A stretch of DNA of 64,000 nucleotides from Candidatus Limnocylindrales bacterium (GCA_035626395.1 DASPNR010000002.1:469019-533018); one strand, 5' to 3'; positions 36,708-47,115 are shown, counted from the first letter of the stretch. The notes: generated by a model not told the origin, from the letters alone. Made by a program: numbers and translations.

Positions 36708-38269
36708 TGGGCAAGCGCGCTCCCATTCTCGGCATTCTCGGCCTGGTCTTCATCCTGTTCGGCGTCATCGAACACTGGATGACGCTGATGCCGCAGCAGG
36801 GCTTTTTCGAGTTCGGCTGGTTCGCGCTGTCGCACATCCTGGCCGGCGTCGTCTGCATCATCTGGTACCTGTCCTCGGGCAGCGGGTCGCTGCTGGAGTT
36901 CGTCCAGCGCCGCTCCACCCGCTACGGCACCAACGCCATCGTCTACTCGATCGTGTTCGTGGCGGTGGTGGCGATGCTCAACTTCATCGGCGTGCGCTAC
37001 AACAAGCGCTGGGACCTCTCCTCCGCCGCCGTCAACAGCCTGACCGATGCGTCGCGACAGGTGCTCGACAAGATCGAGGGCGAGGTCGAGATCCTGGCCT
37101 TCGTCGGGCCGCAGGACAAGGACTTCGTGCGCGAGGTGTCGGAGACCTACGGCTACTACACCGACAAGGTGAAGTGGAAGATCATCGACCCGCAGGTCAG
37201 CCCGGAGATCGCGCAGCGCGAGCTGATCTCCACGATTCCGACGATCAAGATCAAGCACGGCGAGCGCAATACGACCGTCTCCAAGATCGATGAGGAATCG
37301 ATCACCAACGGCATCCACAAGGTCGTCAGCAGCGAGCAGAAGAAGATCTATTTCCTCGAAGGGCACGGCGAGCCGCCGATGGAGGACAAGCAGGGCCCCG
37401 GCGGCATGGGCATGTTCGCCGACACGCTGCGCAACCAGAACTACGAGGTGGCCAGCCTCTTCGCGGCCGAAAAGCCCATCCCCGACGACGCCGCGGCGAT
37501 CATCGTCAGCACCGGCAACCGCGATCACTTTCCCGCGGAGATCGCGCAGATCAAGGAGTACCTGAAGAAGGGCGGCAGCATGCTGCTGCTCCTGGAGCCG
37601 CAGAAGGACGCCGAGCTGGTCAACTTCGCTCGCAGCTTCGGCGCACTCATCGGCGACGACGTCGTGCTCGATCAGCAGATGCGGCTGTTCCAGGGCGTCA
37701 CCATAGGCGTGGACGTGGTCGTCACCGAGTACGGCAAGCATCCGTCGACCTCGGCGATGACCGATCGAACGCTGTTCACGGTGGCGCGCTCGACGGCGCC
37801 GGCGCCGACGCCCGTCCAGGGCATCACGCTGGAGCCGCTCGCGTTCAGCTCGCACGCGAGCTGGGCCGAGACCGACGTCGCCGGCATCTTCGATCGCGGC
37901 GAGGCCGAGCTGCAGCAGGGCCAGGACACCCCGGGCCCGATCCCGCTCGCGGTCGCGGGCGGAGGCGCCGCCAGCGCCCTCGGCGGCGCGCCCGACAAGC
38001 AGTTCAAGATCGCGATCTTCGGCGACACCAGCTTCCTGACCAACCAGTACCTTCGCCAGCTCTACAACGACGCGCTCGGCCAGAGCGTGATCGGCTGGCT
38101 TGCCGGTGAGGAGGAGCTGATCTCGATCGCGCCGCGAGTGGTGCGCGCCTCGCGCGCCTACCTGGACGAAGACTCGGCGCGCACCGTCTTCTACCTGTCG
38201 GTGCTGGTGCTGCCCGAGCTGATCCTGCTCGTCGGCATCGCCGTCTGGTGGAGGCGCTCCTCGCTGTGA
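36707..38269 (+). CDS. GldG-like ABC-transporter-associated protein, with N- and C-terminal TM anchors and a large periplasmic domain.
   Basis: GTG start overlapping the upstream stop. The architecture fits the GldG/Gldg family (N-terminal TMs, periplasmic domain, C-terminal TM LPELILLVGIAVWW). Confidence 0.7.
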   Translation: MGKRAPILGILGLVFILFGVIEHWMTLMPQQGFFEFGWFALSHILAGVVCIIWYLSSGSGSLLEFVQRRSTRYGTNAIVYSIVFVAVVAMLNFIGVRYNKRWDLSSAAVNSLTDASRQVLDKIEGEVEILAFVGPQDKDFVREVSETYGYYTDKVKWKIIDPQVSPEIAQRELISTIPTIKIKHGERNTTVSKIDEESITNGIHKVVSSEQKKIYFLEGHGEPPMEDKQGPGGMGMFADTLRNQNYEVASLFAAEKPIPDDAAAIIVSTGNRDHFPAEIAQIKEYLKKGGSMLLLLEPQKDAELVNFARSFGALIGDDVVLDQQMRLFQGVTIGVDVVVTEYGKHPSTSAMTDRTLFTVARSTAPAPTPVQGITLEPLAFSSHASWAETDVAGIFDRGEAELQQGQDTPGPIPLAVAGGGAASALGGAPDKQFKIAIFGDTSFLTNQYLRQLYNDALGQSVIGWLAGEEELISIAPRVVRASRAYLDEDSARTVFYLSVLVLPELILLVGIAVWWRRSSL

Positions 38270-39831
38270 GCTTCGTCCGCACGCTGATCTTCGCGCTCGT
38301 CGCGGTCGCGCTCGGCGCCTACATCTACCTCTACGAAACGCCCAAGGCGGAGAAGGAGGCCAAGGGCGAAGGCGTGGTCGAGTTCGACGCGGCCAAGGCC
38401 TCCAGAGTCCGCCTCTCCTACCCCGACGACAGCACCATCGAGCTCGAGAAGGATGGCGGGCAGTGGAAGCTGGTGGCGCCCATTGCCGCGCCCGCCGACA
38501 ACAATGCGGTCGACCGCTTTCTCGAAGGCGTGCGCGATACCAGAATCGAGCGCCGCCTGAAGAAGGAGGAGGTCGAGAGCCTGGCCGCCTACGGCCTGGA
38601 CAAGCCCACCGGAACCCAGGGCCGCCTGGAGATCACGCTCGAGGACGGCACAACCGTGCCGCCGGTGATCATGGGCAACACCACGCCGGTCGATCACTTC
38701 GCGTTCGGCCGCGTCGAAGGCAGCGATGACGTGCTCGTGACGCCGCTGCTCATCCACACTTCGATCAAGAAGACGCCGTTCGATTTCCGGAAGAAGCGCC
38801 TGTTCGACGTGCAGCCCGACCAGATCGGCCGCATCAGCATTCACAAAGGCGCCGATCGCATCGAGCTCGAGCGCAGCGGCGAGAAGAACTGGAACCTGAT
38901 CCTGCCCAAGAACGACGCGGCCGATTCGCAGGCGGCCGAGTCGATCGCGGGGGCCTTCGATACCATCGAGGCGCTGGCCTATTTCGACGGCCCCGGCGTC
39001 AATCTGGACAGTCTCGGCCTGTCCGAGCCGACGCTGACGGTGACGGCGCATCTGGCCGGCGGCGAGCAGGTGGGATTCAAGCTCGGCAAGGAGGCGGCCG
39101 ATCAGCCTGCCGGCTTCTACCTGCAGCGCAGCAGCGACGGCCAGGTCGCCAAAGTCGCCGATTGGGTTGCGCAGAAGTTCGGGCCGTCCCTGGACGATCT
39201 GCGCAGCCGCGCTCTGACGGCTTGCAAGCCCGATGACGTCGTCAAGATCACGTTCACGCAGGGCCAGGACAGCTACTCGCTCCTGCGCGAGGCAGCCGGC
39301 AAGGCGTGGACGATGGAGCCGGCGCCGCAGGAGGGACACACGGTCAAGCAGCGCATCGTCGACAACCTCCTGCGCGGCCTCGTCGACATGAAGGGCGACA
39401 AGATCGCGGGCGACGCGGCCGGCGACGCCGACAAGGCGCGCTTCGGGCTGGACGCGCCGCAGGCACGCGTGGAGCTCGCCACCAAGACCGGCGTCTGCGG
39501 CGTCATCACCGCGGCCAAGGCACCGGAGGCAAAAGCGGAGGCGGCGGAAGGTGCTGCGGCGACGGCCGGCACCAAGGACGCGAGCGCGCCCGCCGATGCA
39601 GCCGATCCCGCCGCAGCGACCGAAGACGAAGCGCTGGCGCAGGCCCTTGGCCGCGCAGCACCGCCGCCCAAGCCCGCCGCTCCGGCGCCGCAGTACTATC
39701 TGCAGGGCCGAGACCGCAGCGCGGTCGTGACGGCAGGGGCCCACCTGTTCTCGCGCCTGGCCATGAAGCGCGACGAGCTCGTCGATGCGCCGCCCGAGCC
39801 GGCGCCCGCCAAGCAAGACGCCGGCGACTGA
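38248..39831 (+). CDS. DUF4340-like protein (N-terminal TM plus repeated periplasmic domains), commonly encoded after GldG-type genes.
   Basis: 527 aa with an N-terminal TM and the DGGQWKLVAPIAAPADNNAVDRFL motif typical of DUF4340. Assignment is by architecture and context. Confidence 0.55.
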   Translation: MEALLAVSFVRTLIFALVAVALGAYIYLYETPKAEKEAKGEGVVEFDAAKASRVRLSYPDDSTIELEKDGGQWKLVAPIAAPADNNAVDRFLEGVRDTRIERRLKKEEVESLAAYGLDKPTGTQGRLEITLEDGTTVPPVIMGNTTPVDHFAFGRVEGSDDVLVTPLLIHTSIKKTPFDFRKKRLFDVQPDQIGRISIHKGADRIELERSGEKNWNLILPKNDAADSQAAESIAGAFDTIEALAYFDGPGVNLDSLGLSEPTLTVTAHLAGGEQVGFKLGKEAADQPAGFYLQRSSDGQVAKVADWVAQKFGPSLDDLRSRALTACKPDDVVKITFTQGQDSYSLLREAAGKAWTMEPAPQEGHTVKQRIVDNLLRGLVDMKGDKIAGDAAGDADKARFGLDAPQARVELATKTGVCGVITAAKAPEAKAEAAEGAAATAGTKDASAPADAADPAAATEDEALAQALGRAAPPPKPAAPAPQYYLQGRDRSAVVTAGAHLFSRLAMKRDELVDAPPEPAPAKQDAGD

Positions 39832-39882
39832 GCGCATGTCCGTCGCCATGACCGGCGCCGGTCGCTAGAATCCGGCGTTCCC

Positions 39883-42078
39883 ATGGCCGACAGCAGCGAG
39901 CAGACCAGCTTTCAGGCAGGACAGCGTGCGGCACGGCGGCTTCGCCGCATCGGCCTGATGCTGTCGGCGGCGGTGGTGCTGGCCGGCATCTCGGCCATCG
40001 TCAGCGACCCCGCCATCGATCTGGTCATGTCGATCCGCAACGCCGTGTTCGACGGCTACCAGCGCTCGATGCCGCGCAAGTACGAGCCGGCGCCGGTGCG
40101 AATTCTCGACATCGATGAGGAGAGCCTCGCGCGCCTTGGCCAGTGGCCTTGGCCGCGCACACGCATCGCGGAGATCGTTGCGCGGCTGCGCGAGCTCGGG
40201 GCGGCTTCGATCACGTTCGACATCCTGTTCGCCGAGCCCGACCGCATGTCGCCGCGCCAGCTGGTGAGCGAGTGGGCCGAGCGCGACGACGTCCGCGCCG
40301 TCCTCGAGCATCTTCCCGACAGCGACGAGGTGCTGGCAGCCGAGCTGGCACGCGGCAACGTCGTCACGGCCTTTGCACTGACCGAAGGCGGCGGGCCCGA
40401 GCGGCCGCCGCTCGAGAAGGCCCGCTTCGTGCGCATCGGCAGCGAAGGAAAGCTGCTGCTCAGCCATCATCAAGGCGCGGTGGCGACGCTGCCGAACCTG
40501 GAAGCGGCCGCCTCGGGGAATGGCGCCATCAATTTTCAGCCCGACCGCGACGGCGTGGTGCGGCGCGTGCCGCTCCTCCTGGAGATGGGCGGCAAGACCT
40601 ATCCGAGCCTGCTCGTCGAAGCGCTGCGCGTGGCCGTCGGCCAGGGCAACGTCACGGTCCTGACTGCACCGGGCCGGTCCGAGTCGACCGCTCAGCTGAC
40701 GGGATTGCGAATCGCCGAGCACGTGCTCCCGACCGACTCCACGGGTCGCATGCAGGTCTACCTGACGCGCCCGATGCCCGAGCGCTACGTTCCTGCGTGG
40801 AAGGTGCTGTCGGGCCAGGCCGAAGGGCTCATTCCCAAGGGGGCGATCGTCTTTCTCGGGTCTTCGGCGACCGCGCTCATGGATCTGCGCTTCAGTCCGC
40901 TCGGTACGGCGCTGCCCGGAGTGGAGATTCATGCGCAGCTGGTCGAGCAGATCCTGCACAAGGTGCACTCGAGCCGGCCCGATTGGGCGCGCGGCAGCGA
41001 GGTGCTGCTGGTGGTCCTGAGCTGGCTCGGCATGCTCGCCGTCGGCAATCAGCCGCGCGTGCTGCCGCTGGCGCTGGTGACCGCGCTCGGCGTGGCGCTG
41101 GCGTTCAGCGTCTCCTGGCAGTCCTGGAACCTCAGCCTGCTGCTGGTCGATCCGATCACGCCGTCGGTGACGGTGCTGGCCGCGTTTCTGGCCTACGTCG
41201 TGCCCCGACAGCTCGCCACGGAGAGCGAGGAGCGCTGGATCCGCAGCGTGTTCGCCAACTACCTCTCTCCCAACCTCGTCGAGCACCTGATCCGCAATCC
41301 CTCGGAACTGCGCGTCGGAGGCGAGCGCCGCGAGTGCTCGTTCGTGCTGACCGACGTCGCCGGCTTCACCAGCGTCGTCGAGAACATGGATCCGGCCGAG
41401 CTGACCGGAGTCATCAACGATTATCTCGACGGCATGGTGCGCATCGCATTCTCCCACGACGCCACGCTCGATCGCATCGTCGGCGACGCCGTGGCGGTGC
41501 TGTTCTCGGCCCCGGTGACGCAGGCCGACCACGCCCAGCGGGCAGTCGCGTGCGCGCTGGACATGGACGCGTTCGCCAGCGACTACGCCAGGCGCTGCAA
41601 GGAAAACGGCATCGACTTCGGCCACACCCGCATCGGCGTCCACACCGGGGAAGTGGTGGTGGGAAACTTCGGCGGCAGCCAGCACTTCGACTATCGCCCG
41701 CTCGGAGATCCCATCAATACGGCGGCGCGGCTGGAGACCGCCAACCGCCAGCTCGGCACGCGCATCTGCATCAGCGCGGCGACCGTCGCCGCGTGCACCG
41801 GCAACGGTGTTCCGCTGCGGCCGGTCGGCAGCCTGCTCCTGAAGGGAAAGACGCGGGGCGTGGACGTTTTCGAGCCGGTGCGCACCGACGCCAACGGCGT
41901 GGCGCCATTCGACGCGTACAAGCACGCGTTCGACATGCTCGAGAAGGACGGCGACGGGGCTCTGCAGGCGTTTCGCAAGCTGGCCGAGCAGCATCCCGAG
42001 GACGGGCTGGTTAGCTTCCACCTGCGGCGCCTGGAACGCGGCGAACGCGGGACGCTGATCGTTTTTACCGAGAAATAG
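39883..42078 (+). CDS. CHASE2-domain class III adenylate/guanylate cyclase.
   Basis: 731 aa. It has an N-terminal TM, then a periplasmic CHASE2-like domain, then three TM segments. The cyclase catalytic domain contains RRECSFVLTDVAGFTSV, VGDAVAVLFSAP and GVHTGEVVVGNFG. Confidence 0.85.
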   Translation: MADSSEQTSFQAGQRAARRLRRIGLMLSAAVVLAGISAIVSDPAIDLVMSIRNAVFDGYQRSMPRKYEPAPVRILDIDEESLARLGQWPWPRTRIAEIVARLRELGAASITFDILFAEPDRMSPRQLVSEWAERDDVRAVLEHLPDSDEVLAAELARGNVVTAFALTEGGGPERPPLEKARFVRIGSEGKLLLSHHQGAVATLPNLEAAASGNGAINFQPDRDGVVRRVPLLLEMGGKTYPSLLVEALRVAVGQGNVTVLTAPGRSESTAQLTGLRIAEHVLPTDSTGRMQVYLTRPMPERYVPAWKVLSGQAEGLIPKGAIVFLGSSATALMDLRFSPLGTALPGVEIHAQLVEQILHKVHSSRPDWARGSEVLLVVLSWLGMLAVGNQPRVLPLALVTALGVALAFSVSWQSWNLSLLLVDPITPSVTVLAAFLAYVVPRQLATESEERWIRSVFANYLSPNLVEHLIRNPSELRVGGERRECSFVLTDVAGFTSVVENMDPAELTGVINDYLDGMVRIAFSHDATLDRIVGDAVAVLFSAPVTQADHAQRAVACALDMDAFASDYARRCKENGIDFGHTRIGVHTGEVVVGNFGGSQHFDYRPLGDPINTAARLETANRQLGTRICISAATVAACTGNGVPLRPVGSLLLKGKTRGVDVFEPVRTDANGVAPFDAYKHAFDMLEKDGDGALQAFRKLAEQHPEDGLVSFHLRRLERGERGTLIVFTEK

Positions 42079-42132
42079 CGGTGAGCGCTCCAGCCACCGC
42101 CGTGGCTCGGTGGCGTCCGGCGGCTCGTTCCG

Positions 42133-42735
42133 TCAGCGGATCATCACTTCGACGCGACGGTTCCTCGGTTCTCGCACGCCGTCGGGCGTGGGAACGACCG
42201 GTCGGGTCTCGCCGTAGGAACGGACGTCGATCTTGATGATGTCCATTCCCGCGTTGACCAGAATGCCGCGGACCTTGAGGGCGCGGGCGTAGGAGAGCGC
42301 ATCGTTGGTGCGCTCGTCGGCGAACAGGTCGGTGTGGCCTTCGACGTCGGCGTCGGGTGCGGGCCGCGCCCGCACTGCCTCGATCATCGCTCGCACCGTG
42401 GCCTCGGACTCTTCGGTCAGCTCGACGTTGTCCTGCTCGAAGTAGAGCGTGAAATGCTCGGGCCGGTCCGGACGCGCACCGAAGGCGCGGGCGAATACCT
42501 CCTCGAGCTTCTCCCATTCCACGCGCCAGGGCTTGCTCGGCGCGCGGTTGGCGCGGTTGATGGTGGTGGCGTCGTTGGCGTTGTTGAGAACGCGCTCGCC
42601 CTTTGCGGTGCTGACGGTGACTTCGCCGGTGCCGCCCTCGGGGTTTTCCAACAGGACTACGTAGTTTTTCGGGGCGCAGGCCGCGGCACAGAGCGCCACG
42701 GCCAGCACCCAACCCGACAGGAGCGGCTTGTGCAT
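42133..42735 (-). CDS. OmpA-family peptidoglycan-binding lipoprotein.
   Basis: The lipobox is AAAC. The OmpA_C motifs are VEGHTDLFADERTNDALSYARA and NRRVEVMI. Confidence 0.8.
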   Translation of the reverse strand: MHKPLLSGWVLAVALCAAACAPKNYVVLLENPEGGTGEVTVSTAKGERVLNNANDATTINRANRAPSKPWRVEWEKLEEVFARAFGARPDRPEHFTLYFEQDNVELTEESEATVRAMIEAVRARPAPDADVEGHTDLFADERTNDALSYARALKVRGILVNAGMDIIKIDVRSYGETRPVVPTPDGVREPRNRRVEVMIR

Positions 42736-42740
42736 GCGTC

Positions 42741-43220
42741 TCAGCTTTCCGACTTCTCGGTCACTTCCGCAAACTTCTGGCCCGGGGCCACCTTGACGAC
42801 GAAGTGGGTTCCGCGAAGGCCGATGACGCCGGTCGGCGTGACCACCGATACCGTCTCGGGTGCCATCTTGCCGATCAGGCCGGAGACGAAATCGAGCGTG
42901 CCCTGCGAAACGCGGGCGATCAGGCCGAGCTGCTGGTCGTGCGGAGCGTAGGCGTAATCGTCCAGCGACAGGACCGTGTCAGGGCCGGCAGCCAGGGTCG
43001 TCCCGTCCTTCAACGTGACGCCGAGGGAGCTTTCGGCCCTGGTCTTGATGGTATCGTTCTCGAACACAGGATCGCCGACCGCGATCGGCTGCTCGGCGCC
43101 GCCGCGAACCACCGTCGTCGCGCCGGTGGCGGTCTTCACGTAGCCGATCGGCTCGGCGGCCAGGGCATGGATCGGTGCTGCGAGGATCAGCAGCAGGGCA
43201 AGCTTGGTCGACATTTGCAT
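42741..43220 (-). CDS. FecR-domain protein, periplasmic.
   Basis: The start is the internal Met of MQMSTKLALLLILAAPIHALA (signal peptide). The FecR-like core is GYVKTATGATTVVRGGAEQPIAVGDPVFENDTIKT. Confidence 0.7.
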   Translation of the reverse strand: MQMSTKLALLLILAAPIHALAAEPIGYVKTATGATTVVRGGAEQPIAVGDPVFENDTIKTRAESSLGVTLKDGTTLAAGPDTVLSLDDYAYAPHDQQLGLIARVSQGTLDFVSGLIGKMAPETVSVVTPTGVIGLRGTHFVVKVAPGQKFAEVTEKSES

Positions 43221-43427
43221 GAGAGCCTCCTTACGGCCCGCGCCTCGAGGCGCTGCACCGGATCGGCCTTGCCGTCCGGATTCGGAGCACCCCGCCAGTC
43301 CGGTGCTCGGCTGAACCACCCATACGACCTATAGCGGTCCCCGAAGACTTGGCCAAGGGGCGCAACCCACCTACGATGCAGAGGCGTGCGGGAGGGCCGG
43401 CCCGAGACGACGGGAGGGAACCAGGGC

Positions 43428-45314
43428 ATGAGTCAGAGGGAATCGGGCGGAGGACGGGGCGGAGACCTGGAGCGACTCTCCATCCACCATCCGCTGGCGA
43501 CGTATCTCGAGGAGCTTCACCGCCGCCACGCCGGCTGCAGCGACGGGGAGGTCGCCAGCTACATTCCGGAGCTGGCCAAGGCCAATCCTGGCCATTTCGG
43601 CATCGCCCTGGCCACCATCGACGGCCAGGTCTACGAAGCCGGCGACAGCCGGGTCCAGTTTTCCATCCAGTCGATCTCCAAGCCGTTCGTCTACGCGCTG
43701 GCGCTCCATGACGAAGGCCTGGAGCGCGTGCTCGAGAAGATCGGCGTGGAGCCGACCGGCGACGCGTTCAACTCGATCAGCCTGCACGAGGATACGGGGC
43801 GGCCGTTCAACCCGATGATCAATGCAGGTGCCATCGCGTCCACCGGGCTCATTCGCGGCAAGGACGAGAACGAGAAGATGCAGCGCATCCTCGAGATGTT
43901 CTCGCGCTGCGCCGGCCGCGAGCTGTCCATCGACGATTCGATCTACCACTCCGAGCACGACACGGGCTACCGCAACTTCGCGATCGGCTACATGCTGCGA
44001 AACTTCGGCATCGTCGGCTCGGCGCCGGAGCCGGTGCTCGACCTTTATTTCCGGCAGTGTTCGATCACCGTCACCTGCCGCGACCTGGCCATCATGGCCA
44101 CGACGCTGGCCAACGGCGGGATCTGTCCACTGACCGGCGAGCGGGCGATCGACGCCGCCTACGTCCCGCGCGTGCTCAGCGTCATGGCCACCTGCGGCAT
44201 GTACGACTACGCCGGCGAATGGATCTACCGCATCGGCATGCCGTCCAAGAGCGGCGTGGGTGGCGGCATCATCGGCGTGCTGCCGGGCCACATGGGCATC
44301 GCCGTCTTCTCTCCGCCGCTGGACGCGCGCGGCAACAGCGTGCGCGGCATCCGCGTGTTCAACGATCTTTCGGAGGATTTCGGGCTGCACCTGTTCCAGA
44401 CGCCGAGCCCGGTCAAGTCGGTGGTGCGACGGCGCTTCGATGCGGCCTCCGTGGCCTCCAAGCGCATCCGGCGCCGATCGGACGCCAACGCGCTGGCCGA
44501 GCATGGCCATCGCATCGTCGTCTTCGAGCTGCAGGGCGAGCTGACGCTGTTCTCGGTCGAACGCGTCGTGCGAAACATCCTGACGCTGCCGGAGGCGGTC
44601 AGCTACCTCATCATCGACTTCAAGCGCGTGTTCGGCGCCGACCGGCCGGCCCTCGATCTGTGGGTGACGTTCCTCGAGAGCATCGAGGGCCGATACAAGG
44701 AAGTCATCCTGACCGAGCTCGACAGCAACCCCACCCTGGCCGCGTACTTCGAGATGGCGCTCGAGAACCGGCCGCCCTCCTCGCTCGGGATCCTGCGTGA
44801 AGCCGACGCCGCACTGGAGCTGTGCGAGAACAGGCTGCTCCAGGAGCTCGGCAGCGCCACCGATCCGGACGCGACGGTGCCGCTCGACGAATTCGAGATC
44901 TGCGACGGCCTGGACGAATCGCGCATCGAGACGCTGCGCAGCTACCTCGAGAAGCGCTCGTATCGGCAGAGCGAGATGATCTTCGAGATGGGCGACGATG
45001 CCAACGCGCTCTACTTCCTGACGCGAGGCCAGGTCAGCATCACCATCGACGTGCTACCGGGCACCTCCAAGCGTCTGACCACCTGCACGCCGGGCATGCT
45101 GTTCGGCGAGATGGCGATCCTGGAGCGGCAGCCACGCTCGGCCGCCGTGCGCGCCGACACGCCGGTGGAATGCTACCTGCTGTCGATGGAGAACTTCGAT
45201 CGCCTCACCGAAGCCCACCCCGACATCAAGGCCAAGCTGATGGAGAACTTCGCACGCTCGCTCTCCCTGCGCGTGCGCAGGTTGACCGAAGAGGTGCGGG
45301 CACTGAGCGAGTAG
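43428..45314 (+). CDS. glsA: Glutaminase A fused to a STAS-like region and a C-terminal cyclic-nucleotide-binding (cNMP) domain.
   Basis: The glutaminase serine-protease-like signature is FSIQSISKPF. MINAGAI and GVGGGI are present. The C-terminal CAP-family cNMP-binding domain includes FGEMAIL...RSAAVRA. Confidence 0.85.
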   Translation: MSQRESGGGRGGDLERLSIHHPLATYLEELHRRHAGCSDGEVASYIPELAKANPGHFGIALATIDGQVYEAGDSRVQFSIQSISKPFVYALALHDEGLERVLEKIGVEPTGDAFNSISLHEDTGRPFNPMINAGAIASTGLIRGKDENEKMQRILEMFSRCAGRELSIDDSIYHSEHDTGYRNFAIGYMLRNFGIVGSAPEPVLDLYFRQCSITVTCRDLAIMATTLANGGICPLTGERAIDAAYVPRVLSVMATCGMYDYAGEWIYRIGMPSKSGVGGGIIGVLPGHMGIAVFSPPLDARGNSVRGIRVFNDLSEDFGLHLFQTPSPVKSVVRRRFDAASVASKRIRRRSDANALAEHGHRIVVFELQGELTLFSVERVVRNILTLPEAVSYLIIDFKRVFGADRPALDLWVTFLESIEGRYKEVILTELDSNPTLAAYFEMALENRPPSSLGILREADAALELCENRLLQELGSATDPDATVPLDEFEICDGLDESRIETLRSYLEKRSYRQSEMIFEMGDDANALYFLTRGQVSITIDVLPGTSKRLTTCTPGMLFGEMAILERQPRSAAVRADTPVECYLLSMENFDRLTEAHPDIKAKLMENFARSLSLRVRRLTEEVRALSE

Positions 45315-45362
45315 GCGGCGACGAGCCGGCCATCGCTGCGGCCTTGCGCCCGCGCAGGCGGC

Positions 45363-46445
45363 TCAGAAGTGCCATGACAGCCCTCCGCGCAGCCGATAGT
45401 CGGCCACCACCTGCCGCCCCGAGTTGTTCTGGATCACCGGAAGCTCGGCCACCAGGTCGAACGACAGCGACTGCTTCCACGTCAGCGACACGCCGGGTCC
45501 GAGATTGACGGACGTCAGCGCCGTGTCGCCGAGCGTGGCGGCGCCCTGCCTGTCATTGCCCTTGGTTTCGCCGCTGACGACCAGCTGCAGCGCGGTCGTG
45601 TAGTCATGGCCGAGCAGCGGGTAGACGCCGGGGCCCGCCGACCACAGCAGATCGTCGGCGTACTCGTAGCCGAACGCGCCGTTGCCACGCAGCGCGTATT
45701 GCGCAGCGGCCGAGAAGAACAGTCGCTTCCAGCTCGCAAACAGCGACAGGCCGAAGGACCCGTCGACCGATCCGGAGCCCAGCGCCAGGTCGTGCCCGTG
45801 GACACCGCTGGCGTGCTCGTGCTCGTCGTGGTGCGGCCGGTGCGGCGGCCGCGCCATCGCCGCGCGGGCCGGCACCGAGCGAGCAAGCGCGTGGTGTTCG
45901 TCCTCATCGTCGTGGTCGTCTTCGGCAAGCTCCTCGGCCAGGCGGTCGGAATCGCCGGTGGGCAGCTTGACGCCGGCCAACACCTCGGCGTGCAGCACGC
46001 CGTACGTATAGGCGCGCGTCAGCGGCACCAGCCGCAGCAGCACCGACAGGTCGCCGAGGCCCCCTTCGTCTCCACGCGTGGCAACGCCATCTTCGAGCCG
46101 TCGGTATTCGCGCGAGATCAGCGGGACGCTGACCTGAACGCCGATCCACGAGGCGAACGTGTAGCCGCCGACGATCTGCGTGATCGAGCTGCGCATCCAT
46201 TCGTCGTCGGGATTGGCGATGTCATCGCCGTCTTCCTTGAGGTTTCCGTAGTGCGTGTACTGCTCGGCAATGCCGATCCAGGCCCCGGTTCGGTCGGCCC
46301 GCATGATGGTGCCCGTGTAGATTGCGCACAGGTCGCAGGCCGCCGCCGGCTGGGCGACGGCTGCAGCCGCTGCGAAGGCGGCCGCGGCCACGACACGCAC
46401 GATGAGCGCACGGGCGCCGGCCCGTACGCATTTCCAGTTGCTCAC
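45363..46445 (-). CDS. Outer-membrane beta-barrel protein with an internal His/Asp/Glu-rich loop. Putatively metal-associated.
   Basis: The GTG start at about 46445 is preceded by AGGAGA. It has a signal peptide and a C-terminal aromatic residue (...GGLSWHF). The His-rich segment is DDHDDEDEHH...PHRPHHDEHEH. The protein opens with CDLCAIY. Confidence 0.5.
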   Translation of the reverse strand: MSNWKCVRAGARALIVRVVAAAAFAAAAAVAQPAAACDLCAIYTGTIMRADRTGAWIGIAEQYTHYGNLKEDGDDIANPDDEWMRSSITQIVGGYTFASWIGVQVSVPLISREYRRLEDGVATRGDEGGLGDLSVLLRLVPLTRAYTYGVLHAEVLAGVKLPTGDSDRLAEELAEDDHDDEDEHHALARSVPARAAMARPPHRPHHDEHEHASGVHGHDLALGSGSVDGSFGLSLFASWKRLFFSAAAQYALRGNGAFGYEYADDLLWSAGPGVYPLLGHDYTTALQLVVSGETKGNDRQGAATLGDTALTSVNLGPGVSLTWKQSLSFDLVAELPVIQNNSGRQVVADYRLRGGLSWHF

Positions 46446-46595
46446 GATCTGTCTCCTTTCCTGCGCCGATGCGGCGGCGCGCACGCTCGCGCACACGCCG
46501 GATCGACGGCAGCGCGCACGGGCAAGCCTGCGCTCGCACCACGCGCGACACCACGGCCGGCGACGCCGCACGGCAATGCCGGCAACGTCTCGTCT

Positions 46596-47008
46596 TCAGG
46601 CTGAAAGGGACAGATTCGGCTCGGGCGGAGGAAGTTCGGGAGGATCCGCTCCGATCGGCACCACGACCTCGTGCCGCACGCTCAGCGCCTGGGCGCCGGA
46701 CGGCGTCGCGGCCACGCCGTCCAGGCGCGCGGGCATGGCCTGATCGCGCACGACCGGCCACGCGCCCTCGCCGCCGTGATGGCAGCCGCAGTTGCGCGCG
46801 GACAGCGTCGGAGTGCGCTTGCAGCAGCATCCCTGCTTTGCGGCTTGCGACTTGTCGCTCTTGTCTTCGTGGCAGCGAAGCTGCGGCTTGGCGGCCGCCT
46901 TGGAAGTGCCGGCGGCAAGGCAGGTGGCGCGGCCGATCGGCGCCAGCGGCACCCACAGTGCGAGGAAGAGCGCACAGACGGCGCGCAAGGCTGACCCTGT
47001 CCGGATCG
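46596..47008 (-). CDS. Small Cys/His-rich putative periplasmic protein. Very tentative.
   Basis: GTG start with a signal-like N-terminus (ALRAVCALFLALWVPLAPIG). CHEDK...GCCCK...NCGCHH is suggestive of metal binding. In this GC content it could be a spurious ORF. Confidence 0.25.
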
Positions 47009-47115
47009 GTCGCACTTCGAAGCCTTGTACCGGCGGGAGGGCCTGGTGCAAGCCGCTGCGCGCGCCATCGCCGAGCCGGTCGCTCCGGCGTGCAGACGCA
47101 CCCGCCGCGAGCACG

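Noticed and set aside
39865-42021. 718-aa minus-strand ORF
   Set aside because: It is antisense to the CHASE2 adenylate cyclase.
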